IMG/VR virus record: IMGVR_UViG_3300037520_000795
Location: 1-60,758 of that record
Length of the DNA stretch: 60,758 nucleotides
Origin: a virus
Lineage: Duplodnaviria; Caudoviricetes
Strand: one strand, 5' to 3'
Shown here: piece after piece, positions 26,482-35,327 of the stretch
Numbering within the stretch: position 1 is the first letter of the stretch
Layout: every line of letters starts with the position of its first letter
Notes under the pieces: model-generated
Seen by the model: only the letters and a program-made list of their open reading frames with translations
Told to the model about the DNA's origin: nothing
Databases searched by the model: none
Made by a program: the position numbers and the translations under genes

Positions 26482-26968
26482 ATGGATGCACCTCGTCAGG
26501 CGTCTCGCAGTTTACTTCGTCCAGTTCCGGCCGGGCTGGCAGAAGTGGCTGTACGTTGACGACTTGGAAGGCGAAGGGTATCTGGCACTGGTCAAGGCCG
26601 CACGCACGTACGACCCGGCACGGCTGCCATACCCCAAGGCATACTTCGCCAGGGCCATACTCAATGCCATGCTCAAGCACATCAAGCGGACGACCCGCTG
26701 CCCCGGTGTGCGAACGTCGCTGAGCGAAGCGGAGCAGCAGGCCCCCGAGATGGAGGAGGCAGACGAGCTACGCATGGCAGTCATGGACTTGCCAGAGTGC
26801 GACCGGCCCATCGCCATCGACCGCTTCCTCATTGGCTGCACCATCCAATCAATCGCCGCACGCCACAACCTCACGGTACGGATGGCGTCTCTGCGTTCCC
26901 GGCGACTGGCAAAGATTCTTGCGGACGAATTGGGTATCCGTCTTGTGCGGCGCAATACAACCTCCTGA
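26411..26968 (+). CDS. Sigma-70-family RNA polymerase sigma factor
   Basis: Region 2: DDLEGEGYLALVKAARTYDP...YFARAILNAM; region 4: LP..DR.I...F..G.T...IA. Confidence 0.8.
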   Translation: MSSVWTRMKKKSKLSKRQQDLTVEWMHLVRRLAVYFVQFRPGWQKWLYVDDLEGEGYLALVKAARTYDPARLPYPKAYFARAILNAMLKHIKRTTRCPGVRTSLSEAEQQAPEMEEADELRMAVMDLPECDRPIAIDRFLIGCTIQSIAARHNLTVRMASLRSRRLAKILADELGIRLVRRNTTS

Positions 26969-27620
26969 TGTCAGTGCGGTTGTACCAACCCTTGGACCCA
27001 GCCTTGGACTGTGGCTTGCGGATGCCGCGTGACTGAACGTCAAGGGCGATGGCAGCCCATGACATGCCAGTCGAACGTGCCTCCATCACCATCGTGCCAA
27101 GCTCCCGCTCCTTCTGGCATGGCACGAACGTCCGTTCCCTGGTGATCCATCCCCACGGGCGGCTGGGTCCAAAGGGTATCTGGTGCTTCTTCATGTAGGC
27201 GTAGATGGCACGCACCCGGCGACCGGTCATGCGTGCCTCATACTCTGCCGCTGCGGAGATGACGCCGAACATGAGCCCACCTTCGGGCGTGTCGAGGTCG
27301 AGGTTCAGGTCGAGGAACCGGACCTTGACCCCGAGCTTCCGCCATAGGGCAAGCGTGTTGTGGGAGTCCTGCTGCGAACGGAACGCCCGGTCGGGGTGGG
27401 TGATGACCACCATGTCCCCGGTCTGAAGCAAGTCCCACAGCTTACGCCCCTCGCGGCGTGTCTCCATGGGGTTCTTGCTGGCCGACACAGCCTCGTCCGC
27501 GAACACGCCCCCGAACTCGGCGTCGAGGTTGCGGATGTAGGCAGTCAGCCTTTGGACTTGGTTGTCCGCAGACTGCTCTTGTTCGTCGGTCGATACCCGA
27601 GCGTACCCGTAAGCCTTCAT
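26871..27620 (-). CDS. Serine recombinase (resolvase domain plus short recombinase domain)
   Basis: YGYARVST (catalytic Ser), DEAVSA, DRAFRS and PWGW motifs; S..AIA....RG...WY. Confidence 0.9.
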   Translation of the reverse strand: MKAYGYARVSTDEQEQSADNQVQRLTAYIRNLDAEFGGVFADEAVSASKNPMETRREGRKLWDLLQTGDMVVITHPDRAFRSQQDSHNTLALWRKLGVKVRFLDLNLDLDTPEGGLMFGVISAAAEYEARMTGRRVRAIYAYMKKHQIPFGPSRPWGWITRERTFVPCQKERELGTMVMEARSTGMSWAAIALDVQSRGIRKPQSKAGSKGWYNRTDIRRLYCAAQDGYPIRPQESLPVAGNAETPSVP

Positions 27621-27649
27621 GGTCTACGCACCCGTCAGTCCGGGGCTCC

Positions 27650-28189
27650 TCAAGTGCCTTCTTCGTACAGCCTGCCGGAACCCTCGCCCTCGCAGCCCAT
27701 CGCCACGTTCTCCAGCAGGGTGCGTGCGGTAGCTCCTTCCCACTGGCTCGACATCTTCCACTTCACGGTGAATCCATGGAGGGCGTCGGACTCGCTGCTT
27801 GGATAATCCCATTGCCAGTCCGTGATGTCGACACGGAGAAGCTTGGCAGCTTTCCGAGCAAAGGTCTCGACAAGCGTGCCGAGCGTGACGTCTGGGTCGC
27901 AGCAGCTTAGCGAGAAGTTGCTCAGCCACTGTGAGTACAGCACATCCAGCCCGCCAGACGGGTGCTTGAACACATTGACATTACCATCCATGGTGCAATG
28001 CCTGCGGTTCAGAACCTGCTCACGCAGGCCGTCCCGCTCCTTGGCCATCTTGTCCACCTGATCGGCAAGCTGCCGCATGATGTCGGTCGCTTCCGCCACG
28101 GTGGCAGGGGAAATACTGAAGGCAGAGAGCGTGCGGCACAGGGAGTCGAGCTTGTCTGCGGCCATGATGGCACGTGCGTCAAGAGTCAT
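27650..28189 (-). CDS. Hypothetical protein
   Basis: ATG with a GAGGA SD; leftward early operon. Confidence 0.6.
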   Translation of the reverse strand: MTLDARAIMAADKLDSLCRTLSAFSISPATVAEATDIMRQLADQVDKMAKERDGLREQVLNRRHCTMDGNVNVFKHPSGGLDVLYSQWLSNFSLSCCDPDVTLGTLVETFARKAAKLLRVDITDWQWDYPSSESDALHGFTVKWKMSSQWEGATARTLLENVAMGCEGEGSGRLYEEGT

Positions 28190-28431
28190 TGCGATCCTCG
28201 CTTGTAGTGGGTAGAGCGTCTTCGGAACCGGGCGGGGCTTGTGAGTAGGAAGTACAGCAGAAGAACCACGGCAGCAAACAGGAAATCAAGGTGCTTGTCC
28301 TGCAAGGAAAGCCCTCCAGTCACCCGAACATTCGGTATTGCGGGTCTCGCTCGACGCGAAACTCAGGGCAACCGCAACGCACGCAAGGATGGGTGTTTTC
28401 CTTGCGTGCGTTGCACCGGTTGCACAACCTG

Positions 28432-28665
28432 CTAGATGTCCTTGCTTGTTCTGGCAAAGCACTGGAAGACGTAGACGATTCTGCGGTTGGACGAGCCCTC
28501 CTTCGGGGGGCGTTCCTCATAGGCATACACCTCGACGTCACGGGGTTTGCGAACTACCTGCAAGAACTCCTTCGGCAGCGGGAGCGGAACCGGAATCATG
28601 CTGCCGTCAAGCGAACCACCAATCATCTCCAGAGGCATGGACTCCTCAATAGGTGGGTGCGTCAT
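28432..28665 (-). CDS. Hypothetical protein
   Basis: GGSLDG motif common in small phage proteins. Confidence 0.55.
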   Translation of the reverse strand: MTHPPIEESMPLEMIGGSLDGSMIPVPLPLPKEFLQVVRKPRDVEVYAYEERPPKEGSSNRRIVYVFQCFARTSKDI

Positions 28666-29083
28666 TCAGGGAGAGCCTTTCGTTCAGAAGCTCGACCGCA
28701 GCTTGGAGGTCACGCACCGCCAAGGCAAGGTCGCGGAGAGTAGAAACCACCGCGTCCGTGCTGACGGACTGCACCTGCTGGGCCAGCGGCTCGGCTTCGG
28801 TCAGGCCGTGCCGCAGGGCGAACGCCTGACGTCGAGCGTTCAGCAGCTTCCGCCCTTGCTCTGGGTCAATGAAGACCCGTCCAGTCCTGTCGCTGGCCCA
28901 GCGAGCCAGCTTCACGGCAGCGATCTCGCCGTTGGTGTGGGCTCGGGAAAGCCACACGGCTTCCCTCTGGTTGGTGGCAACCCGAGCAATCTGCACGAAC
29001 CCATCCGGCACATCGGCCGGGCTGGTCACAAGCTTCGTCCTGTGCATCTTCATCGACTCGCTCCTTGTCGCTTCGCGTGTCAT
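28646..29083 (-). CDS. Hypothetical protein, possible DNA-binding
   Basis: Coupled ORF with a C-terminal coiled coil. Confidence 0.55.
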   Translation of the reverse strand: MTREATRSESMKMHRTKLVTSPADVPDGFVQIARVATNQREAVWLSRAHTNGEIAAVKLARWASDRTGRVFIDPEQGRKLLNARRQAFALRHGLTEAEPLAQQVQSVSTDAVVSTLRDLALAVRDLQAAVELLNERLSLNDAPTY

Positions 29084-29086
29084 CCT

Positions 29087-29332
29087 TCACCGCACCTTTC
29101 GTCCGGCAAGGATGGAGTTGAGGGCAGACACGGTCGCACCACGCTTGGCACGAGGAGTGTCAGCCAACTCCGGGAACTTGCACCCCTTGCGGGCGTACGC
29201 ATACTTCCGCGTATGCACTGCGGCACGTGTCATCCCGAGGAGCAGAGCAAGATCGTCGTACGTCTTGCCCTCCTCGAAAGCCTGCCGATAGGCGGTGCAG
29301 TACTCGATCTCGCTGACTCTCTTCGCTGGCAT
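29087..29332 (-). CDS. Small HTH DNA-binding protein
   Basis: GKTYDDLALLLGMTRAAVHTRK; GGAGG SD. Confidence 0.7.
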   Translation of the reverse strand: MPAKRVSEIEYCTAYRQAFEEGKTYDDLALLLGMTRAAVHTRKYAYARKGCKFPELADTPRAKRGATVSALNSILAGRKVR

Positions 29333-29374
29333 AGGAACCTCCGAAACTGGTGGGTGAAAGGAACTCGGGCGTGT

Positions 29375-29404
29375 GTTCTACTGCAATCGAATGGGGCGTG
29401 TCAA
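29375..29404 (-). promoter_or_regulatory. Sigma-70-type promoter
   Basis: Minus strand TTGACA-N18-TAGAAC in the intergenic gap upstream of the HTH gene. Confidence 0.5.
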
Positions 29405-29417
29405 TACCGTGTGTGGA

Positions 29418-29702
29418 TCAGGTCTTTTCGGCCTCCTCCCAGAGCGAGATGGCGGTGTCGGTGACGTCGTGCCACGCTTGGATCATGTCGTCGACGGTCA
29501 CTCCCCCCGCTGGACGAACGCCGCTCAGCCACTGGCGGCAGGCGTGCCGGATGATGTAGCACGCGGACAGCGTGGTGTGCTTGCCGAGTTTGTCTTGCGA
29601 GAGAAGCTGAGCAGCCAGCGTTCGAAGAGTCTCGCCCTGGCTCTCGATGGTCGCCTTGAGGCTGGCGATCTGCTGTTCGTAGGGCTCAAACGGATCGGTC
29701 AT
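29418..29702 (-). CDS. Hypothetical coiled-coil protein
   Basis: ATG with an AAGGAG SD. Confidence 0.65.
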   Translation of the reverse strand: MTDPFEPYEQQIASLKATIESQGETLRTLAAQLLSQDKLGKHTTLSACYIIRHACRQWLSGVRPAGGVTVDDMIQAWHDVTDTAISLWEEAEKT

Positions 29703-29713
29703 GCAGTCTCCTT

Positions 29714-30049
29714 CTAGCCGGATCGTGACCGGCCAATGCCGTGGAAAAGGTAGTGGGAGTCCCAGTCGTTCGGCTCATCTTTGGTCAACACTCTCGCACG
29801 CAACTGGCCCTTGGTGCTGTAGTCAAAGCGAGTGAACGGGTAGCAGGTGTACGCAGCCCACTGCTTGGGGCGGTTGGCAGAAATCCATGCCTGCTGGCCT
29901 GTGTTTCCCCAGCCAATGAGCACCGCCCCGAACTGAACGTCTCTGTTGAGGACGACCACGGAGTACCCCGGCAACTCCGGGGTGTACGAACGCAGCCGCC
30001 GCAACGGCAGTTCTGACAGCGTCATGGGATCGAATAGCTCTGATCTCAT
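29714..30049 (-). CDS. Hypothetical protein
   Basis: ATG 30049 coupled (ATGA) to the upstream stop; GGAGG SD. Confidence 0.6.
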   Translation of the reverse strand: MRSELFDPMTLSELPLRRLRSYTPELPGYSVVVLNRDVQFGAVLIGWGNTGQQAWISANRPKQWAAYTCYPFTRFDYSTKGQLRARVLTKDEPNDWDSHYLFHGIGRSRSG

Positions 30050-30585
30050 CCAACCTCCTCTTCTGCCCAGTCGTCGATGCCATGGGCGACACGGACGGGC
30101 TCGGGGATTCTTTGCCGAATCCACTCGGCATTGCAGACCACTCGCCAGTTCTTCGTGGTGTACCCTTCGCACACGCACAGGTCGCGATTGACGGGGTCTT
30201 TGGTGACCAGAGAGAAGGTCTCCAAGACGTCGTTGTCCATCGCTGTCTTGAGCATGGTCCGCAGATAGAACGGCCACTCTTGGCTGTCGAACGTGACAGT
30301 CAGGTTGTCGCCGTCAAGCTGTGCAACCGGCTCGCCGGGTCGTCTGCCCCACGAATCCTTCTGGCCCGTGTAGTCAATCCGGAGGTTCTCCAGACGGACT
30401 CTTGTCAACACTCGCTCTGTCTCCGCTTCATCGGAAAGCAAGGCAAGCCTCACCTCGATGTCCGTTCGTCTGGCCCTGTAGCTAGGGCACAGTGCCATGC
30501 AGATATCGCCTGCGTTCCAGCAGTCGACAATCTCTTGGGCACAGTCTGGCTTGCAGTGCATCGTCAACTTGTTGTAGCTCGACAA
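30046..30585 (-). CDS. Hypothetical protein
   Basis: TTG start after AAGGAG. Confidence 0.6.
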   Translation of the reverse strand: MSSYNKLTMHCKPDCAQEIVDCWNAGDICMALCPSYRARRTDIEVRLALLSDEAETERVLTRVRLENLRIDYTGQKDSWGRRPGEPVAQLDGDNLTVTFDSQEWPFYLRTMLKTAMDNDVLETFSLVTKDPVNRDLCVCEGYTTKNWRVVCNAEWIRQRIPEPVRVAHGIDDWAEEEVG

Positions 30586-30588
30586 GTG

Positions 30589-31791
30589 TCAGGCTCCTTT
30601 CTTCGGGGGACGCGGGGCGATGAAGCCCTTGGCGGTGAGGAAGTCGTGCAGGTAGGGGTAGGACTTGCGGGGCAGCCACTTGACGAAGGCGGTGGCACTC
30701 GCGGACTCGGCCATCGAGCGATTGCCGGGACCGCAGAACTCCACCAGAGCCTGTGCGAACTCCAGATTCTTCATGAACCCACGCTTGTTGAGCGTGCCCT
30801 TGAAGATGCGGAACTCGGCAGTGCGTCGGGTGATGTTGAGTGCCACGTACCGATCGTCGCCGTAGCGGACGTCGGAGATTTTCTTCTTGCTTACACGGGC
30901 CCACCGGTCACTGGTGCGGCCAGCGATCGTGGACACAAGGTGCTGGTTGGTGGGCTCGTTGACGAACACCAGCATCTTGCCAAGCTGGAGTTGGGTGAGG
31001 GCAGCCTTGGTGACATGCACGTGCATGCCACACCGGCCAGTCGTCCACGATGCCAGTCGCTTCTCGGGCTTGCTGGCGAAGAACGACTCCCAGTGCCGCT
31101 TGTGGACAGAGACACTGTCGGGACGGGTCACGATCTCGATGCCCTCGTCGGACAGGCTGCCGTCCTCCTTGAGCACCGCGTAGTCCGTGCCGAGATGCTC
31201 GCGGATGAACTCGGCACCGTCATCCTGACTGCGGTGAGCTTCGGTCTCAAGCTCGATGCCGTACTTGATCTTGTCCTTGGTCTCCGATCGCATGGTGTCG
31301 GCAGACCTGTCGCTGTAGTCGGACACGCCGCTGCTGCGACTGGAACTGCACGAATCGCACTGGCCATCGCACAGGTCGTCGTTCCAGTGCTCGGTGCCGC
31401 AGTCCTCGCAGCATGAGACATGGTCGTCGTAGCAGTCTCCGCACAGGTGGTCGCCGCCCGGAGAGGAGTAGGCGTCGCGGCGTCGGATGTTGTCGCCGCA
31501 CAGCGAGCAGCTTGCTGTCATGTGCTCCGGGTAGTACTCGCCGTCGATCGACACGCAGTCGTCGACCCAGCGGAACTCGCCGTCGTAGCACTCGCAGATG
31601 CGGTCGTCATCCCGGTCGACCCAGTCGCCGCTGGTCAACTGCACGGCACACTCTGCATGCACGATGGTGCCGCACTCCAGCGTGACGACATCGGCGGGCA
31701 GGTAGTACTCGCCGTCGCTGGCAAGGATGGCATCGCCGCCATCGTACTCCGTGCCGTCATGAAGGGTCACCGTCTTGTTGGCGTTGGTCAA
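30589..31791 (-). CDS. Putative amidoligase (COOH-NH2 ligase) with an N-terminal Cys-rich zinc-finger region
   Basis: YGIELE, EDGSL, EIVTRP, CGMHVHV, RYVALN and EFRIFKGT motifs; CxxC repeats. Confidence 0.85.
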   Translation of the reverse strand: MTNANKTVTLHDGTEYDGGDAILASDGEYYLPADVVTLECGTIVHAECAVQLTSGDWVDRDDDRICECYDGEFRWVDDCVSIDGEYYPEHMTASCSLCGDNIRRRDAYSSPGGDHLCGDCYDDHVSCCEDCGTEHWNDDLCDGQCDSCSSSRSSGVSDYSDRSADTMRSETKDKIKYGIELETEAHRSQDDGAEFIREHLGTDYAVLKEDGSLSDEGIEIVTRPDSVSVHKRHWESFFASKPEKRLASWTTGRCGMHVHVTKAALTQLQLGKMLVFVNEPTNQHLVSTIAGRTSDRWARVSKKKISDVRYGDDRYVALNITRRTAEFRIFKGTLNKRGFMKNLEFAQALVEFCGPGNRSMAESASATAFVKWLPRKSYPYLHDFLTAKGFIAPRPPKKGA

Positions 31792-32690
31792 GATCGTTCT
31801 CCCGAGTGGTGGTAGTGAAGTTCGCTGATGGCATCGACGCCTTCGCTCTGGATCATGTCGTCAAGCTCTTGGATGGAGTAGCCCATCTCAAGGAGGTCTT
31901 CGTACTCAAACTGCTGGTCGTGGTGCATGTTGGACAGGTAGCGGCTCTCGTTGTGGGCTTTCACCTGCAACTCCTCCGCGTACGCTGCCCATGCCGCACT
32001 GTCTGCGGCAAGAATGTCGTCGCGAGACTCAGACGAATCGCCAAGCACAATCAGCTTGCCGTCGTCGTCGTCCTTTGACTGCTTTTTTTCCCAGTGCTCC
32101 GTGTGCCACTTGGACATGCCGTAGGAGGCAGTGCTGCCGTAGCCGAAGCCGTAGGACTTGTAGGACTTGTTGCTGTACCAGACACCGGACTCCCAGTGTC
32201 CGTCCTCCTCGTTCCAGATACCGTACTGACCGTCCCGTCGCAGGAAGCAGAACTTGCTACCCGAGATGGCTTGACTGCCCATGTAGGCAATCTCTGGACG
32301 CAGGAAGAAGTCCGGGTCACGCTTGGCCATGGGTGCCAACACACCGTCGACATAGTGCCACGTATCCGAACGCTTGGGCTTGGTCTTGGTGTCAATGTCC
32401 AACACACCGTTGTGGATCATGACGGTCTCGTCAGTGACCCAGAACGGGTGACAGTTCTTGACGCCGCGAGTGCCGTGAGTTGCCCATCGGAAGTGGATCA
32501 GAGCCTGATGCTCTGCCCACGGCAGGTACGCCTCAAGGAACTCGGCGTACTTGTAGAACCCCTTGAACACACGCATGTGGCCGCGGTCGACCACAGCGAA
32601 ACCGGCACTGTGAGGGTTTGAGACAAACCCTTCCTCCAGGTGATCGTGTGGCACGATGACGCCGGATGGCTTGTAGATGGCTAGGCACAC
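31788..32690 (-). CDS. Class II (Ntn) glutamine amidotransferase
   Basis: GTG 32690 gives an N-terminal Cys (CLAIYKP); NPHSAG, HFRWATHG, NCHPF, HNG and SDT motifs. Confidence 0.88.
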   Translation of the reverse strand: MCLAIYKPSGVIVPHDHLEEGFVSNPHSAGFAVVDRGHMRVFKGFYKYAEFLEAYLPWAEHQALIHFRWATHGTRGVKNCHPFWVTDETVMIHNGVLDIDTKTKPKRSDTWHYVDGVLAPMAKRDPDFFLRPEIAYMGSQAISGSKFCFLRRDGQYGIWNEEDGHWESGVWYSNKSYKSYGFGYGSTASYGMSKWHTEHWEKKQSKDDDDGKLIVLGDSSESRDDILAADSAAWAAYAEELQVKAHNESRYLSNMHHDQQFEYEDLLEMGYSIQELDDMIQSEGVDAISELHYHHSGERS

Positions 32691-33016
32691 TAGATAGATA
32701 CCTCCTCGGTGTTGTCGGAATCGGACGAATCGCACTTGTACGGATGCTCGGCCATGTACTCTTCGATCTTGGATGGCATGTGAGGGTCGCACCTTTCGGT
32801 CCGGCACTCGTCCAATGCTCTGTCGAAGTAGTCGTACTCTGGCTTTGGTTCGTCAGCCCGGAGCGAAGGGATGCCCGGCAGGGTGGTCCACATCTGGCAC
32901 CACTGTCCGTTGCCGTAGATGCGGCGGCTGTTGCGATCCCACGTGTCCCAAACCATGCGGACGCGGAACCGTCCGACGACGAACTCTCGGGCAATGGGCC
33001 AGCAATGGTAGGTCAC
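32690..33016 (-). CDS. Hypothetical protein
   Basis: GTG 33016 coupled to the upstream stop; TAGTG coupling to the amidotransferase. Confidence 0.55.
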   Translation of the reverse strand: MTYHCWPIAREFVVGRFRVRMVWDTWDRNSRRIYGNGQWCQMWTTLPGIPSLRADEPKPEYDYFDRALDECRTERCDPHMPSKIEEYMAEHPYKCDSSDSDNTEEVSI

Positions 33017-33189
33017 ACTGCCTTCCTTTCTCTGCCGTGTGGGATCGTGCCCCACTGGAGGCATGGGAACATTGCTCGGTTGTCGATGGCCAAGCGGGCC
33101 CCGTGCCCGTGGATTGCGGTGTAGTCCCGCAGCCACTGCTTGGCCTCATGCTCATGGTCGAACCGGGCAAGAACTACCCGCTTCACCAT
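33013..33189 (-). CDS. Small hypothetical protein (58 aa), not in the ORF track
   Basis: MVKRVVLARFDHEHEAKQWL...; GTGA coupling downstream. Confidence 0.45.
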   Translation of the reverse strand: MVKRVVLARFDHEHEAKQWLRDYTAIHGHGARLAIDNRAMFPCLQWGTIPHGRERKAV

Positions 33190-33317
33190 GACGCAGTAGG
33201 GCGGTGTGTGTTTGAAGGGTCACCTCCCTCGGATGCTTTCCGAGATAGCCACGGCACAGACACCTGCCGTGAGGATCAGGACAAGACACTGCTGGGACCA
33301 ACTCACTGTCGAATCTC

Positions 33318-33623
33318 CTAGCGTGTGTAGAACCGGCGAGACAGTCGCTTTGTGCGGGCAAGCTTGCCCACACTCAAGACCTTCCGATCCCAGAACGACG
33401 GGCCCGGCGACCCCGGCTCCCAGAACTTGGAGGGAGCAGGGTAGACCGATGCCCGCAGCAACCGGTCGCGGAAATCGAGGGCATCCCGGACACCGTTTCG
33501 CTGCCGGATTAGCAGCAACTGCGATGCCAGCATGGGCCTGTAGCAACAATGCTGCGAGTGACGTTCGCGGGCCCACTGCTGGACCCACCGCGTCATTCGC
33601 GGCTGTGTGATCGGACCAAACAT
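33318..33623 (-). CDS. Hypothetical protein
   Basis: ATG 33623 with an AGGAG SD. Confidence 0.55.
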   Translation of the reverse strand: MFGPITQPRMTRWVQQWARERHSQHCCYRPMLASQLLLIRQRNGVRDALDFRDRLLRASVYPAPSKFWEPGSPGPSFWDRKVLSVGKLARTKRLSRRFYTR

Positions 33624-33688
33624 GGGAACACTCCTAGAACGGAAACCATTTCGGGGCAGTGTCAGTCCTGCCCACAGATGGGGGCCGG

Positions 33689-33958
33689 TCACAGTGTCTC
33701 TGAAGTGAAGGGATGGAGATGCAAGAGACGCTGCATGTCTCCAGCGAACTCGTCTTCCCAACTAACGAACCTGCATACGTCCGCGAGAAACTCGTAGTGC
33801 TTCTCTTCCGGACTTTCATCTGCTGCGTCAGGAGAGTCTCGATCCCATTCGTACCCTCCAATGTGGAAGTTGGGCTTCCAGGTCAGGTCGAAGTCGAACC
33901 TGCCGATGGTTAGCGTGACGCTTCGGCACTGGCACAAAGCTGCCTCCTCTGCCCGCAT
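33689..33958 (-). CDS. Hypothetical acidic protein
   Basis: ATG just after the upstream stop. Confidence 0.55.
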   Translation of the reverse strand: MRAEEAALCQCRSVTLTIGRFDFDLTWKPNFHIGGYEWDRDSPDAADESPEEKHYEFLADVCRFVSWEDEFAGDMQRLLHLHPFTSETL

Positions 33959-33961
33959 GGG

Positions 33962-34225
33962 CTACTGAGTGGGTCGTTCCTTCTTGTTCTCGCGTTCGCG
34001 GGCTGCAAGCATTGCGTCCGCCATTTCGTAAGCCGCCACTCCGGCCTGATGACAGGTTCCTTTGTAGGCGAGCGAACCCTGCAAGGCCGCAGCCGCGAAG
34101 TAATCTCGCAGGGTCACTGAGGACTTGAGTTCGCTCAGTGCATGATGGAGGCGGATCACCTCTCGGTGAAGCTCCTCGTTCTCCTGGCGGCACCGCTTGA
34201 GTGTCGCCTTGTCAACTTTGTCCAT
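33962..34225 (-). CDS. Small phage protein of the TLRDYFAA...AY..ADAML family
   Basis: Recognisable widespread phage motif; GGAG SD. Confidence 0.7.
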   Translation of the reverse strand: MDKVDKATLKRCRQENEELHREVIRLHHALSELKSSVTLRDYFAAAALQGSLAYKGTCHQAGVAAYEMADAMLAARERENKKERPTQ

Positions 34226-34442
34226 TGCTGGAACTCCAGGGATCATCAAAGACACAGGAATCCACCCCACTGCCCGAAGGCAATGGAGCGGGGTCGCATG
34301 TCCTCTGACATAGGGCCGTGGTTTTTGGCTTATCCGGATACTCCGGACCACATAGCACCAAGCAAGGCTTGTGCCCTCCGCAACAAGGGCCGTCTCCTCT
34401 CAGGCGGGAGGCGGCTGTATCACCGACTGCGGCGTGCCCGCA

Positions 34443-34613
34443 TCATCCAACCGTGACGCACTCCAGAGCGATGTGCATCGCCTGCCAGTGGTCGAGTCCC
34501 TCGGCTCGGGCAAACCGATACGAGTAGTCGTACAGGGTCTCATCCACTCCCATCCACCAGATGGGATCGTCGTCCGGCAGTTCGTAGCTCGGAAGACGGG
34601 AACCTTCTTGCAT
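34443..34613 (-). CDS. Small hypothetical protein, probably first in the leftward operon
   Basis: AAGGA SD; 56 aa. Confidence 0.5.
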   Translation of the reverse strand: MQEGSRLPSYELPDDDPIWWMGVDETLYDYSYRFARAEGLDHWQAMHIALECVTVG

Positions 34614-35075
34614 AGGCACATCCTTCGCTGCCCGTATGGGCGTGTGAGGGAATCGGGCTCTTGTCAAGGGGCTGCGGGGCGTGGGCTACCTTTGCTGTCG
34701 GAAACGGCCATACCAAGAGGGCAGCCGCCGTTTCTCTGCCACACGATCCCCGCACTGCTGCCGCTCAAGGCGGCTCTCTCCAAGCAACACTGAGTCACCC
34801 CCTCGCATCTCCGTGCGGGGACATAGGGGTTGCCCTCACCCGTCCTGCCGGTCGGCAGGTAAGGCTGGGGGGCGACTCAATGCTGCCGGTCTAGAGCTAC
34901 CGGGAGCGGGGGCCACTGCTGCCCGTATCATCGTGAGGATGACGGGGGGCGACCCGGTCGCTGTACAGGCGTTCACCTGTACACCTGTACACCACCCTCC
35001 GGAGCGGTGAACATCCGAACACCACCCGGTAGGGTAGTGAACGAACGATCACCAACCCCGGAGGGGGGTTGACAG

Positions 35076-35127
35076 GATCGAACCGAACCGAACCGGATCG
35101 AACCGGAGCGGAGTCGAACCGAACGGA
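35076..35127. repeat. Short tandem (C)GAAC(C) pentamer array
   Basis: gatcgaaccgaaccgaaccggatcgaaccggagcggagtcgaaccgaacgga. Confidence 0.8.
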
Positions 35128-35131
35128 AGGT

Positions 35132-35262
35132 AGTGCATGGCCGCACCAATTGACCGCCGCCCCGCTGCGAATGACGCGTATAACGGAACGCGCGCGTACC
35201 TTATCTAGTGGTTCGCTAAGAAAATCCGCGCACCCCTATTGCAATTGGTGCGGCCATGCACT
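35132..35262. repeat. Perfect 21-bp inverted repeat with an 89-bp spacer
   Basis: agtgcatggccgcaccaattg (35132-35152) and caattggtgcggccatgcact (35242-35262). Confidence 0.92.
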
Positions 35263-35327
35263 CTACTACGCTCTCAGCCCCACCGGTCACAACGACCGGA
35301 CAGGGGAAACCCACAGGAGCCTAGACC

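Noticed and set aside
34662-34667. TTGACA hexamers at 34662 (minus), 35069 (plus) and 37162 (minus) as promoters
   Set aside because: No acceptable -10 element at 16-18 bp spacing.
35076-35127. GAACC repeats as a mini-CRISPR
   Set aside because: Pentamer tandem repeats without unique spacers.
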